Positions 1-9,574 of a stretch of DNA of 39,176 bases are shown here, piece by piece (within the stretch, counting starts at the first letter, position 1; each line of letters opens with the position of its first letter). The notes below the pieces were generated by a model. The model was not told where the DNA came from. It ran no database searches and saw nothing but the letters and a program-made list of their open reading frames with translations. The DNA is taken from positions 1 to 39,176 of the forward strand of contig JAYVXX010000111.1 in the NCBI GenBank assembly GCA_043784805.1, in the 5' to 3' direction. Both the position numbers and the translations under genes were made by a program. Source of the DNA: Minisyncoccota bacterium. GTDB lineage: Bacteria > Patescibacteriota > Minisyncoccia > Phycocordibacterales > UBA5272.

Positions 1-972
1 GCCGTTGTTCCCGCCTCAGTGCCGCCCACTCCGGTTGACTCTGTGCCCAGCAAGGTTCAGATTCAGCTGAACAACTGGTACCAGAATCCGCCGTTCTATC
101 TCACTGACCGTGAGTTGGTCCAGATCGACAAAGATCGCCACTTCATTCCGATCAAGGTGTCGGAAGCTGTGGAAGGTCTGGCATCTTTCGTCAACCAGCA
201 AATCTTCCAAGAGTACAAAGGCATCTTTGGATTCCAAGGTACTCCCGGCACCACACCCTTTGGTACTCCCGGCACCCCTCTGGTCACCGACGTGACCAAG
301 GCTCGTGCTATCCTCAACCGCCAGAAGTGTCCCAAGAAGCCACGTTGGGCGTGCTTGGACTTCGATGCTGAAGCGGCTCTGCTCTCTCTAGGTACTATCT
401 CTGACGCAGAGCACACCGGCACCCCCGATGTGAAGATGGAAGGTGAGATCGGCCACAAGTTTGGTGTGGACTGGTATGCCGATGATGACACCCCGACGCA
501 CACTGCCGGCACTGCCGCTAGCTATGTGACCAACGGCATTCAAGCTATCGGTGCTACTAGCATCGTGCTTGGCACTGGCACTGGTACTCTCGTTGTCGGT
601 GACATCATCACCTTTGCCGGACACACCCAGACCTATGTAGTGACCGCAGGTATCGCTGCACCCGGCACTGCGGTGATCAATCCTGGTCTCAAGGTCCAAG
701 TAGCTTCAGCTGTGGCCGTCACCAGCAAAGCATCGCACGTCGTGAACATCATGGCGCATCGCGATGCCTTTGCGTTCGCCACACGTCCGCTGCTTCAGAG
801 TACCACTGACCTTCAGCTGGGTAGTGAGATTGTCTCGCTTCAAGACCCAGTGTCTGGTTTGGTTCTGCGCCTTGAAGTTAGCCGTCAGCACAAACAAACC
901 GCATGGGAGTTTGACCTGCTCTGGGGTCAGAAGCTTGTGCGTCCGGAACTGGCAATGCGAATTGCTGGCTAA
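1..972 (+). CDS. Major capsid protein, C-terminal ~323 codons (5' end outside the window)
   Basis: The frame is open from nt 1; the track start at 19 is only an in-frame GTG. Stop TAA is at 970-972. The gene sits directly upstream of a GC-rich hairpin and the head-tail connector genes. It has a Gly/Thr/Pro-rich loop (GTPGTTPFGTPGTP). The resemblance to HK97-fold/P22-coat-like capsid proteins is recall only. Confidence 0.6.
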   Translation, partial: AVVPASVPPTPVDSVPSKVQIQLNNWYQNPPFYLTDRELVQIDKDRHFIPIKVSEAVEGLASFVNQQIFQEYKGIFGFQGTPGTTPFGTPGTPLVTDVTKARAILNRQKCPKKPRWACLDFDAEAALLSLGTISDAEHTGTPDVKMEGEIGHKFGVDWYADDDTPTHTAGTAASYVTNGIQAIGATSIVLGTGTGTLVVGDIITFAGHTQTYVVTAGIAAPGTAVINPGLKVQVASAVAVTSKASHVVNIMAHRDAFAFATRPLLQSTTDLQLGSEIVSLQDPVSGLVLRLEVSRQHKQTAWEFDLLWGQKLVRPELAMRIAG

Positions 973-987
973 TTCTCGCACCCTCCT

Positions 988-1018
988 ACTGGCCGCCTGT
1001 AACACGCAGGCGGCCAGT
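988..1018 (+). terminator. Hairpin terminator/attenuator after the capsid gene
   Basis: A 12-bp GC-rich stem, ACTGGCCGCCTG (988-999) paired with CAGGCGGCCAGT (1007-1018), has a 7-nt loop and is followed by TATTGCTAT. It starts 16 nt after the capsid stop. The U-tract is weak. Confidence 0.55.
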
Positions 1019-1088
1019 TATTGCTATACTCCCGATTGTCGTGAGTATTACATTAACTGGCCTGTGCCTACCTGTCTTGGAGTCTACT

Positions 1089-1394
1089 ATGGCTGATGAA
1101 GAAATTGAACGTGATGAAGAACTTGAGACATACGCTGAGCTTAATGAACGTGGAGTTCAACGTGTACCTACTACTGAAATGATCGGTCCATCTGGACTAG
1201 CCATCGTCAACGTTTCAGACGTGGAATACTACCGTTCACGCGGTTACAAGCTCAAAAGTGAATTGAAGGATGGAGCCAAAACTACTGGTGGGCCAGTGAT
1301 TCCCGGTCTCACCGCTGATGAGAAGCGACAGCGTGAAGCTGGCACTGTCGGTGAAGAAGAAAAGCTGAAAGCTCTGGCGGCTAAGGGTAACTAA
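1089..1394 (+). CDS. Hypothetical acidic head-module protein (101 aa)
   Basis: ATG 1089 is preceded by GGAG at 1079-1082. The track start at 1041 is a GTG with no SD. TAATG overlap with the next gene. Confidence 0.6.
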   Translation: MADEEIERDEELETYAELNERGVQRVPTTEMIGPSGLAIVNVSDVEYYRSRGYKLKSELKDGAKTTGGPVIPGLTADEKRQREAGTVGEEEKLKALAAKGN

Positions 1395-1927
1395 TGGCAG
1401 CAACATTCGTAGTTGAGGACGGCACTGGACTAACTACAGCAAACAGCTTCACAGCCGTTGCTGAGGCCGATGACTACGTTGCCAACTATGCTACTTCAGC
1501 TGTTGCTGCTATCTGGAATGCTCTCTCAACGTCCGACAAACAACTCTACTTGAGACAGGGTTCATCTTACGTGGACCTAACCTACACTCCACGTTGGTTA
1601 GGTAGGAAGACAACCCAATACTCTGGGTTGTCTTGGCCACGTAGCTACATGAGAGACAGAGACAGACGGGCACTAGCTTCTAACAATGTGCCCAAAGAAG
1701 TTAAGTATGCAACGGCTGAAGTAGCTCTTGCTGCTGCTCAGGGTGATGACTTAATGCCTGCCCTAGCAGCTGGTGATGGGTCAATCTCCAGCACCTCAGA
1801 CAGAGTAGGTCCACTATCCACTAGTGTATCTTACCTTGCTGGCACACGCACAAAGAAGAAATACACAAAAGCAAATCGGTGGATAGATGTATTTCTGTCC
1901 CCATCTGCACAAGTAGATCGTGGGTAA
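1394..1927 (+). CDS. Head-tail connector/adaptor protein (gp6/gp15-like)
   Basis: The N-terminus MAATFVVEDGTGLTTANSF..AEADDYV is the pattern I associate with phage head-tail connector (DnaT-like/Phage_connect) proteins. The gene lies between the capsid and neck genes. Confidence 0.6.
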   Translation: MAATFVVEDGTGLTTANSFTAVAEADDYVANYATSAVAAIWNALSTSDKQLYLRQGSSYVDLTYTPRWLGRKTTQYSGLSWPRSYMRDRDRRALASNNVPKEVKYATAEVALAAAQGDDLMPALAAGDGSISSTSDRVGPLSTSVSYLAGTRTKKKYTKANRWIDVFLSPSAQVDRG

Positions 1928-1932
1928 CTGCT

Positions 1933-2319
1933 ATGGCACTGACTACACTTGATCTGAAGTTTCTGCCCAAGGTATTTGCACTAGTACAGAAATATGGTAA
2001 GACAGTCACCTTTATAGTAAACACAATAGTAGACTCTGACCCAGTATTAGGCGACGTCACTACATCATCTAATAAGAGATATCAACTCAAAGTATCTCCG
2101 CCAGAGAGTTATGAAGTAACAGTAGAAACTTCAGACTCCAATCTAGTAGGTGCGTTCAGCTGTATCCTGCCCGCCCAAGGCTTGCTGTTCAAGCCTGTTA
2201 TTGGCATGACTCTATTGTTAGAGAATAACAACTCAGAAACGTGGTACATAGTCAAAGTAGGCCGGTTGTACTCTGGTGAAGCTATTGCTGCTTATGAAAT
2301 AGTATTCAATCGTGGCTAA
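1933..2319 (+). CDS. Putative head-closure / head-tail joining protein
   Basis: ATG 1933 lies 6 nt after the upstream stop. The track start at 1879 overlaps the upstream gene. Size is about 128 aa. The call rests on synteny only. Confidence 0.45.
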   Translation: MALTTLDLKFLPKVFALVQKYGKTVTFIVNTIVDSDPVLGDVTTSSNKRYQLKVSPPESYEVTVETSDSNLVGAFSCILPAQGLLFKPVIGMTLLLENNNSETWYIVKVGRLYSGEAIAAYEIVFNRG

Positions 2320-2719
2320 CCTACAAACCAACATCAGTGCTTTCAACGCTGAGATCACAAAGTTTGTGGATGTATTGACACCACTAGAAGTAGTGTCAGT
2401 ACAGAAGAAAATAGCTCTGGAAGCACTCAAGAGAATAGTTCTCAAAACACCCGTCGACACTGGACGGTGTCGCGGCAACTGGCAAGTGAACTTAACTACT
2501 CCAGGTGAAGGGTTTGACCCCGAGCAGTTTGATAAGTCTGGCTCTGGTAGTTTGTCCAATGGTATGGCTGTAATCACTTCTGTGAAGAAGCCATTCCAAA
2601 TTATCTGGATTAGTAACAATGTGCCATATGTAATCTACTTAGAAGATGGCACATCCAAGCAAGCACCACGCGGTATGGTTAGTCTCACTGTTGAAGAGCT
2701 TAGACAAATGTTCCCATGA
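2312..2719 (+). CDS. HK97 gp10-like neck/tail-completion protein
   Basis: GTG start at 2312. The motif KTPVDTGRCRGNWQV matches the PVDTGxLRxSW signature of the HK97 gp10 family. Confidence 0.65.
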   Translation: MANLQTNISAFNAEITKFVDVLTPLEVVSVQKKIALEALKRIVLKTPVDTGRCRGNWQVNLTTPGEGFDPEQFDKSGSGSLSNGMAVITSVKKPFQIIWISNNVPYVIYLEDGTSKQAPRGMVSLTVEELRQMFP

Positions 2720-3129
2720 CCTACACAGACTACATAGCTGCGATCAAGAAAAGATATCAGACATACATAGTACAGGGAAGTCCACCACTAGTTAGTTTCT
2801 TTCCTAACGATAAATTCGCCTTTGCACCCGACGTTGACCCTTGGTCACGAGTAACATTCTTACAAGGTGAAGCTCATCAAGTATCTAATGGAGCACCCGG
2901 CAAGAATAGGTTCAGAACATCAGGGATATTAGTAGTTCAAGTGTTTGTTCCATCAGGTACTGGTTCTAGTATTGCTGATAAGATAGCTATAACTATTAGA
3001 GATACGTTCACCGCAGTTACTGACACTGGCGTGACGTTCCGCACAGCACAAATAATTCCAGTAGGTGTCAGTGGAAATCTATGGCAGGTCAACGTGTCCT
3101 GTCCATTCTTCTTTGATGAATTCAAATAG
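2716..3129 (+). CDS. Tail terminator-like protein (DUF4128/gpU-like)
   Basis: ATGA overlap with the upstream gene. The pattern FPNDKFAFAPDVDPWSRVTFL...GILVVQVFVPSGTG is typical of tail terminator proteins. The gene sits immediately upstream of the tube gene. Confidence 0.6.
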   Translation: MTYTDYIAAIKKRYQTYIVQGSPPLVSFFPNDKFAFAPDVDPWSRVTFLQGEAHQVSNGAPGKNRFRTSGILVVQVFVPSGTGSSIADKIAITIRDTFTAVTDTGVTFRTAQIIPVGVSGNLWQVNVSCPFFFDEFK

Positions 3130-3138
3130 GATACTACC

Positions 3139-4284
3139 ATGGGTGACGCAAATAGAGTTAGACTGTCTTTGGTTCCGGAAGTCACCTATGGAGTGACACC
3201 GTCTGCCAATTTGATTGACATCCGCATGACGGGTGAATCGTTGGAGCAGATCACCAACACTAAGTTGTCTACGGAAATTCGCTCAGACCGAAACAAAGCA
3301 GACTTGCTGCGTACCAACATCGAGTCTGGCGGCAACATCAACTTTGAGTTCTCTGGTGGCTCCCAAGATAACTTCTTCTTGGGTGTTCTCATGGCAGCTG
3401 CGTGGTCTACTCCGATCACTGTCACCGCAGCAACCATTAGTGCGGCAAGTGCCGACAACTCGTTCAATGACTCCGGTGCAGGCTTTGGTTCTATAGTAGC
3501 CAATCAATGGGTGCTCGTTACTGGCTTTGTCAACGCAGCCAATAACGGTTACTTCAAGATTGTCTCACAGACGGCCAGCAAGATCATCGTCAAGGGTGGC
3601 ACCCTAGTTACAGCGGTTGCTTCACCGTCCATCACTATCTTGATGGGTGCGCAGGCGGTCAACGGACTGGTGACTAATTCCTACTCCATCGAGCGTAACT
3701 ACACTGACTTGACCAACACATACGCTCTGTTTCCCGGTATCTGTTTTGATAAGATGACCCTAAGTCTCAAGACCGACTCCATCATCACCGGCGACGTGTC
3801 TTGTATCGGTCAGAAGTCATCTTCCGGTGTAGCTTCAGCGGGCACAGGTTACACTGTCGTGAACTCTAATCCTGTGCTTGAAGTGGTGGACAATATCTCT
3901 TCATTGCTGGAGAATTATACCGCACCGGGTGACTTGACCCAGTTTGATCTTGTTATCTCCAACAACATTCGCAAGCGTATCGCATTGGGTGTTCTTGGGC
4001 CCAAATCTCTTGGTCTGGGTGCAGTGGATTGTTCCGGCTCACTGATCATGTACTTTGCCACCGCTACTCTGTTCAATAAGTATCTAGGGTTCACTTCCTC
4101 CAGTCTCTCTGTAGCTCTGAAGGATGCCAATGGTGCAGGGTATATCATTGACTTACCACAGGTGAAATTCACAGCTGGCAAGCGAGCAGCTGGTGGCGAA
4201 AACACCGATATTATGGCGGATATGAAATGGATCGCGTATCGGCACCCGACGGAAGGAATTACTGTCCGCGTAGCCAAGTTCTAA
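3139..4284 (+). CDS. Major tail tube protein
   Basis: A 381-aa ORF between the tail terminator and the chaperone/tape-measure genes. The call is from synteny; no family motif was recognised with certainty. Confidence 0.6.
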   Translation: MGDANRVRLSLVPEVTYGVTPSANLIDIRMTGESLEQITNTKLSTEIRSDRNKADLLRTNIESGGNINFEFSGGSQDNFFLGVLMAAAWSTPITVTAATISAASADNSFNDSGAGFGSIVANQWVLVTGFVNAANNGYFKIVSQTASKIIVKGGTLVTAVASPSITILMGAQAVNGLVTNSYSIERNYTDLTNTYALFPGICFDKMTLSLKTDSIITGDVSCIGQKSSSGVASAGTGYTVVNSNPVLEVVDNISSLLENYTAPGDLTQFDLVISNNIRKRIALGVLGPKSLGLGAVDCSGSLIMYFATATLFNKYLGFTSSSLSVALKDANGAGYIIDLPQVKFTAGKRAAGGENTDIMADMKWIAYRHPTEGITVRVAKF

Positions 4285-4330
4285 GCAATTCTCCGCAACT
4301 TTCACATCTTTTTAGAGTAGAAACGCACTT

Positions 4331-4729
4331 ATGAAAATTTCAAAGCTTAAAACCGATTCTAGCAAGGAAGAAAACGGCGTGTGGGTCAGCATGGGTGACA
4401 ATCTGAGGATCAAGGTAGCACGGCTCAGCTCTGAAGGATATAAATCATATCTCAGAAAGATCGGCACCCCGTATCGGTCTGCGGCACGCTCCGGCAACAT
4501 GGATGAGAAGATTGCTACTGACCTAGTCAAGCAAGCTATCGCCAACAAGATTCTGCTTGGATGGGAGAATCTGGAAGAAGATGATGGTACACCCATCCCC
4601 TACTCTCCGCAGAAAGCACTCCAGCTGTTTCAGGAGTCTAACGACTTCTTTGAAATGGTCCGTGCTGCGGCTGACGACATAGACAACTTCCGCACAGAAT
4701 TGATGGTTGATGCCAAGGGAAACTCCTAA
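4331..4729 (+). CDS. Tail assembly chaperone (lambda gpG analogue)
   Basis: A 132-aa ORF directly upstream of the tape measure, carrying a slippery heptamer 4 nt before its stop. Confidence 0.75.
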   Translation: MKISKLKTDSSKEENGVWVSMGDNLRIKVARLSSEGYKSYLRKIGTPYRSAARSGNMDEKIATDLVKQAIANKILLGWENLEEDDGTPIPYSPQKALQLFQESNDFFEMVRAAADDIDNFRTELMVDAKGNS

Positions 4730-5082
4730 GCTGCTTGCGATGGCAGCTGGAATGGGGAAAATTCGCATCCTTCCTCAGTAAGAGGGCAGCCAGAGGGTTG
4801 CCCACTCCTGTGTGGGATAACAGGCCAGTACTATATGAGGACATACAGTGGGTGTGGGAAGCGTTCACCGATCTGAGTGCTAGTAGGCAGTCTGGCTTTG
4901 ATGTTAACCCTATATCGTTTCATGACATACTTTCATGGGTAGAAATGATGGGTGTAACTGATAGTGATGACAGGCAAGAGTTAGTATTTCTGTTAAGAGT
5001 CATGGATAGTAGTTGGGTCGAATGGGCCAGAAAGAAAACAAATGGCGACTCTACAACTGGCGATAGACGCAACAAAGGCTAA
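4331..5082 (+). CDS. Tail assembly chaperone frameshift fusion (gpGT analogue), join(4331..4723,4723..5082)
   Basis: The downstream ORF (track 4735-5082, which begins only at a TTG) is in the -1 frame relative to 4331-4729. It has no ATG or SD of its own and ends inside the start of the tape measure gene. Confidence 0.65.
4717..4723 (+). promoter_or_regulatory. -1 programmed ribosomal frameshift slippery site G_GGA_AAC
   Basis: An XXXYYYZ heptamer in the correct phase: zero-frame codons GGA 4718-4720 and AAC 4721-4723, with stop TAA at 4727-4729. The -1 frame is open from here to 5082. The lambda G/GT site is GGGAAAG. Confidence 0.7.
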
Positions 5083-7786
5083 GGATGGAGCTGCTAAGTT
5101 TGCGGAGGGTGCAAAGACTGTACATAATGAAGCTAATAAAGCTGCGCAGACGGTAGAGAATTTATCAGACAAACTAAACAAACAGGGTGAGAAGTCCAGT
5201 TTAGTAGCTTCGCAGATTAGTGAACTAGTAAGAGCATACCTAGGGTTTGAGGCTGTTAAGAAAGCCATAGAAGTCATTGGGCAGTTTGAACAAGCAGAGC
5301 TTAAATTCTCTCGCACGTCCAAACTAACTAAGGCAGATCAACATAGCTTGACTCAAGAGTTTATAGCTATGTCATCAGTAGCTCCTACTACTGCGAATCA
5401 ATTCTTACAGATCGCCACCGTGGGCGGCCAGCTAGGCATTAAGACTAAGGCAGGGGTGAAAGAATTTTCTGATGCTGTAGCACAATTCTCTGAAGTGGCG
5501 GGCATGGGTGCTAAAGAGTCTGCCTTGCTGTTAGGTCGCACTAAGCAGGCAGCGGGCGAGTCTAGTGACTCTATTAAAGAGTACGCCAGCACTCTAGTTA
5601 TGTTGGCTGATAATAACCTTGCTGCTGAAGGAGAAATTGCTGGACTAAACCTAGAAATGTCCAAGGTACTCTCACCATTCAAGATAGGCACAGAGAAATC
5701 TGCTGCACTGTCGGCTACTCTTATCGGATTAGGAGTAGACTCAGGGATGGCCAGCCAAGGTATCAGCAAGTTATTTAATGCCTTGGACCTAGCTACTAAG
5801 CAAGGTGAGAATGGCAAGCTCAGTATCATAGCTAATGTCTCTGGCCTTAAGTCTGAAGACTTTTCCCAGTTGTTCAACTCTGATGCCGTCGCTGCACTTC
5901 AGAAATTTCTGCAAGGTATTAACAGGCTTGAGGATGCCGGCACCAACGTTAAGACCGTATTCAAAGATTTAGTAGATGGCGATGCCCGTATGCTCAAAAG
6001 CTTGCTGCCCCTCATCCAGAACACTGACCAGCTACAAGCTAACTTAGATTCCCTGGGTAGTGCGTGGGCAAAGTCAGGAGCGTTAGAAAAGAGAGCATCT
6101 GACCAAGCTAATACCATCGACGGTCAATGGAAGATATTTGGCAACACTATGCGAGCGTTGGCAATCTCACATGACGGTCTGGGTGCTAGTATCGGCAAGG
6201 TGATGAAGACGTTCAATGAAGCATTAGGTATCGCCACTGGTTTCAGCCAAACTACTTCACAAACTAGTACAGCGGTGAAGATACTCGCAGTAGCTTTAGA
6301 GACTGTATCTGTAATTGTAGGCATCATAATAGCTAAGAAGCTTGCAACGGTATTTGTAGATATGTTCTTGAGTGTAATAAACCTCACCAAAACTTTGGGA
6401 CTATTCTCAGGAGTCATGGGCACTCTTTTACCAATGGCTGTTGGATTAGGTTTAGTATTTCTTAGTTGGTCTATCGGTGAATCTCTGTTTGATCAATTCT
6501 TGTCCGTACAGCTGGCAATGGAGAAGATCAGACATCTAGGTGCTGTGATACTAGATAGCTTCTCTGTATCCGGATTGTTAACTTTAACTGGAGTTACTAT
6601 TCCAGAAAACAAACCTAAGCACAAATTTGATGTTATGTCTGAGGATGATCTGCACGCACAGACAGAAGCTGAGATAAGAAAAAACTTTCAAGCTCCTACT
6701 AAGTCGCTGTCTAGTAACATCTATGATAAAATGTCAGAGAATATGCACGGCATTATTCAGACTATGAAAGAATTCAGTCTGTCTGGAGTGTTATCTAAAG
6801 AAGTTATTGGTGACTTGAGTCATGCTTTTGAAGACGCCACCAAAGCTACTAATAAAGTAGGTGACGCTACTAAGGGTGCCGGAGAAGCTTTCGATGAGGA
6901 TAATGTGATCATAGGCTCACAGCTAGTAGCTCTCAAGAAAGAAGCTGACTTACTGAAGTATGTAGGTCTGGCACGAGTGCAAGAGACAGCAATCATTGCT
7001 GCTCAGAGCAAGGCTAAGCTTGAAAATCTTACACTCACTGACAAAGGTATAGCACGTCTCAAGGAAGCTATTAGACTCAATGCACTCGCCAAAGCCCACG
7101 ATGAAATCAACCAGAAGTTAGGAGATAAGCGTGATCAAGCACAAAACCTGGGGTTGGTCGGTGATGACGCTACTAAGGCAGCTGAAGAGTTTGCGATACT
7201 TAACAAGTACAAGCGTGATGGATTAGTGATCGATGAAGAGACTATAAACACCGTCAAGCGTACAGTGGGTGCGGTGGAAGACTTAAAGAGTAAGTGGGAC
7301 AAAGTTCACGCAGTATCTAATGGGTTTGCCACAGCGTTTGCCTCATCTTTTGAAGAAGTAATTACACAGACTAAGACTCTAAAAGATGCGCTCATAGGGT
7401 TGGCTCAGCAGCTGGAGAAGATAGCTTTGCAAGCTCTAGTTACTAAGCCATTAGAGCAAGGGTTGTCCAAGGCGTTTTCATCCATACTAGGTGGACTATC
7501 TGGCGCAGCCGGTGGTGCAGCCGGTGGTGAAGCAACTCCGGCAATAGCTCATGCCAGCGGTGATATATTCGGTTCACCTACCTTCTTCAGCTCCGGTGGA
7601 CGACAACACGTTATGGGAGAGAGTGGGCCGGAGGCAGTTATGCCACTACAACGTGGCTCTGATGGTAAGTTGGGAGTCAGGGGTGGAAACACTACTAACG
7701 TCACGATGAACGTGTATGCCAACGATGTTAATGGCTTCAGAGCTAGTAGCCGACAGATCGCAGCAAACTTAAAAAAGAGTCTATAA
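5042..7786 (+). CDS. Tail tape measure protein
   Basis: 914 aa and Ala/Lys/Glu-rich with a coiled-coil character. It has a central hydrophobic segment (ILAVALETVSVIVGIIIAKKLATVFVDMFL...) and a C-terminal Gly-rich region. The position is canonical. Confidence 0.85.
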   Translation: MATLQLAIDATKAKDGAAKFAEGAKTVHNEANKAAQTVENLSDKLNKQGEKSSLVASQISELVRAYLGFEAVKKAIEVIGQFEQAELKFSRTSKLTKADQHSLTQEFIAMSSVAPTTANQFLQIATVGGQLGIKTKAGVKEFSDAVAQFSEVAGMGAKESALLLGRTKQAAGESSDSIKEYASTLVMLADNNLAAEGEIAGLNLEMSKVLSPFKIGTEKSAALSATLIGLGVDSGMASQGISKLFNALDLATKQGENGKLSIIANVSGLKSEDFSQLFNSDAVAALQKFLQGINRLEDAGTNVKTVFKDLVDGDARMLKSLLPLIQNTDQLQANLDSLGSAWAKSGALEKRASDQANTIDGQWKIFGNTMRALAISHDGLGASIGKVMKTFNEALGIATGFSQTTSQTSTAVKILAVALETVSVIVGIIIAKKLATVFVDMFLSVINLTKTLGLFSGVMGTLLPMAVGLGLVFLSWSIGESLFDQFLSVQLAMEKIRHLGAVILDSFSVSGLLTLTGVTIPENKPKHKFDVMSEDDLHAQTEAEIRKNFQAPTKSLSSNIYDKMSENMHGIIQTMKEFSLSGVLSKEVIGDLSHAFEDATKATNKVGDATKGAGEAFDEDNVIIGSQLVALKKEADLLKYVGLARVQETAIIAAQSKAKLENLTLTDKGIARLKEAIRLNALAKAHDEINQKLGDKRDQAQNLGLVGDDATKAAEEFAILNKYKRDGLVIDEETINTVKRTVGAVEDLKSKWDKVHAVSNGFATAFASSFEEVITQTKTLKDALIGLAQQLEKIALQALVTKPLEQGLSKAFSSILGGLSGAAGGAAGGEATPAIAHASGDIFGSPTFFSSGGRQHVMGESGPEAVMPLQRGSDGKLGVRGGNTTNVTMNVYANDVNGFRASSRQIAANLKKSL

Positions 7787-8748
7787 TGGGATTTCATGAA
7801 GTACAATTTCCGCCAGACATTTCTGTAGGTTCATCTGGTGGACCTGGATTCAGCACGTCGGTCATAGTCACCGATAGTGGCGCAGAACAACGTGTAGCTC
7901 GATGGACACAAAGTAGACGTAAATATGACGTTGCTGAAGCTGTCAAGACACAGCAAAACATGTCAGATATCCGTGACTTCTACATAACTAGGCAAGGTCT
8001 GGCTTTTGGCTTCAGGTATAAAGACTGGTCAGACTATAACACTACATCAAGTGGCTCCTATGACCACGACACCGGCCAGACTAACTTAGATGTAGTCATA
8101 GGTGCAGGCACTGGAGCACTCACACAATTTCAGCTAATTAAGAATTACACCAGCGGTGGCGTGACTCGTGTTAGGAACATCAAGAAACCAGTAGCAGGGA
8201 CTATAAAGGTTGCTGTCAACGGTGTGAACACTACTACGTTCACGACCGATACCACTACGGGCATTATCACATTCGCTGCTGCACCGGCCAACGGTACTGT
8301 GATCACTGCTGGGTTTGAGTTTGACACTCCGGTTAGGTTTGGCGATGCCCTTGACGACCACTTGCCACTGACTATTGAAGATTACAACATAGGTTCAACC
8401 CAGATCACTCTAGTAGAGATACTAGACGTTGGTGAACAACCGGATGAATACTTCTATGGCGGTGCGGCAGAAGTAGCTATCACAAGTAACTACCAACTGT
8501 CTGCCAGCCTAGCTAGAACATATGTGTTCAACACCACAGTAGCTAGTGTGTTATTCTTGCCAGACTTTACTAACCTGGCTCCGGGTGCGCCCTACTTTTA
8601 CTTGATCAACGATTCAGTCAGCACGCAGACTCTCACACTCAAGACCTTTGGCGGAGCTACTACCATTTGCATCATAGCTGCTGGTGTAGCTATGGATGTA
8701 ATTCTCAGTGTAGATAACTTTGGGGTGAAGGTGTGGTATGCTAAATAA
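7786..8748 (+). CDS. Distal tail protein, DUF2460/TIGR02217-like (RcGTA g12-like) with C-terminal extension
   Basis: The N-terminus FHEVQFPPDISVGSSGGPGFSTSVIVTDSGAEQRVARWTQSRRKYD matches the family signature FHEVRFPxxISxGSxGGP...SGxExR..W...RR.YD. TAATG overlap with the tape measure gene. Confidence 0.8.
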   Translation: MGFHEVQFPPDISVGSSGGPGFSTSVIVTDSGAEQRVARWTQSRRKYDVAEAVKTQQNMSDIRDFYITRQGLAFGFRYKDWSDYNTTSSGSYDHDTGQTNLDVVIGAGTGALTQFQLIKNYTSGGVTRVRNIKKPVAGTIKVAVNGVNTTTFTTDTTTGIITFAAAPANGTVITAGFEFDTPVRFGDALDDHLPLTIEDYNIGSTQITLVEILDVGEQPDEYFYGGAAEVAITSNYQLSASLARTYVFNTTVASVLFLPDFTNLAPGAPYFYLINDSVSTQTLTLKTFGGATTICIIAAGVAMDVILSVDNFGVKVWYAK

Positions 8749-9574
8749 AACGAAATTCTATGGTAAATCGTTTTACAGAGCAGCCGGGTTTGGACCCATA
8801 GTTCACCCTATACAGGGGAGAATCCAAGTATTGGGTGGTGCGCCGTCAAGTAGTCTGCAATTACCATCTAGGGCTGGGTTTAATCCTGGCGGACCATACT
8901 TGGAGATAATAAATATATCAGGTGGTAGCCAACCACTTAAAGATGAGTCCGGCACTACTATATTGACAATGGCTAACAACACTATTAGTAGAGTCATGCT
9001 TACTCCTACTAGGTGGTATGCTACGTCAAAGACCATAAATACAGGCAGTGCAGCATCATCGTCTGGTGGTAGGTCCAACCCAATAGGTACGTTAGCAACG
9101 GGAATCACTCCACCTACTACGGGCGCATATACTGATCCGTGTCCGGGTGGTGGCACTATACCGCCACAACCGCCTGTGGTAGATAGATGCACACCCGGTG
9201 TTGGATGTAGGACATTCTATAGGTTGCGATGGATATGGCCAGAGCTTACTGCAACTGGTCCAAATTGGAATGAATTGAACAATACGGTAGCCACGGTGAC
9301 GCGTGATCCTACAGCGATAGCTCCCAACGTAGAGTGGAATGGATGGCAAGTTACTTATGACAGTGCTGGCAACCCGACTCGACACTACTTCCAACTGACT
9401 CCCATACTAGATGTGAGCTTCTGCGTAACGGGCTGGAATATAAACATGTCTAACATAGGTGGATATGTTATTTCGTTTCATGCAACATCAGCTCCTCAAG
9501 GTTGTCCGTTAGTTGGTAGATACGTCAACTACTTTCATGGCACTCCGGCCACAGATTTTATGGATGTATTCTAA
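8738..9574 (+). CDS. Hypothetical tail-module protein (Gly/Pro/Thr/Cys-rich), inserted between the g12-like and g13-like genes
   Basis: A 278-aa ORF with no recognised family. Its N-terminal ~60 aa resemble the C-terminus of the preceding protein. Confidence 0.6.
   Translation: MLNKTKFYGKSFYRAAGFGPIVHPIQGRIQVLGGAPSSSLQLPSRAGFNPGGPYLEIINISGGSQPLKDESGTTILTMANNTISRVMLTPTRWYATSKTINTGSAASSSGGRSNPIGTLATGITPPTTGAYTDPCPGGGTIPPQPPVVDRCTPGVGCRTFYRLRWIWPELTATGPNWNELNNTVATVTRDPTAIAPNVEWNGWQVTYDSAGNPTRHYFQLTPILDVSFCVTGWNINMSNIGGYVISFHATSAPQGCPLVGRYVNYFHGTPATDFMDVF

Noticed and set aside
238-276. 15-nt direct repeat GGTACTCCCGGCACC at 238-252 and 262-276, inside the capsid gene
   Set aside because: It simply encodes a duplicated GTPGT peptide in a Gly/Thr/Pro-rich surface loop. 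This is an in-frame coding micro-duplication, not a regulatory repeat or CRISPR-like element.
1041-1088. Longest-ORF starts that were shortened (1041, 1879, 10881, 14616, 22249, 35197, 37390)
   Set aside because: Most of these track starts are GTG/TTG codons reported as M; 22249 is an ATG inside the hairpin stem, and the codons at 1879 and 37390 were not checked. All lie inside the upstream gene or in a hairpin. In-frame ATGs with an SD or an ATGA/TAATG coupling exist downstream.
4292-4302. The 11-mer TCCGCAACTTT occurs just after the tail-tube stop (4292-4302) and again just after the polymerase stop (30868-30878)
   Set aside because: An 11-nt match is expected many times by chance in 39 kb (on the order of 10^2 random pairs window-wide, roughly 0.5 within the ~2 kb of intergenic DNA). 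The flanks diverge and no associated hairpin is shared. This is not enough to call a motif.
7505-7528. Short tandem repeats in coding sequence: GCAGCCGGTGGT x2 (7505-7528, tape measure) and ATGGAAAAG x2 (32581-32598)
   Set aside because: These are low-complexity coding repeats (AAGGAAGG and MEKMEK). They have too few copies to be meaningful. Such repeats are common in tape measure proteins and disordered proteins.
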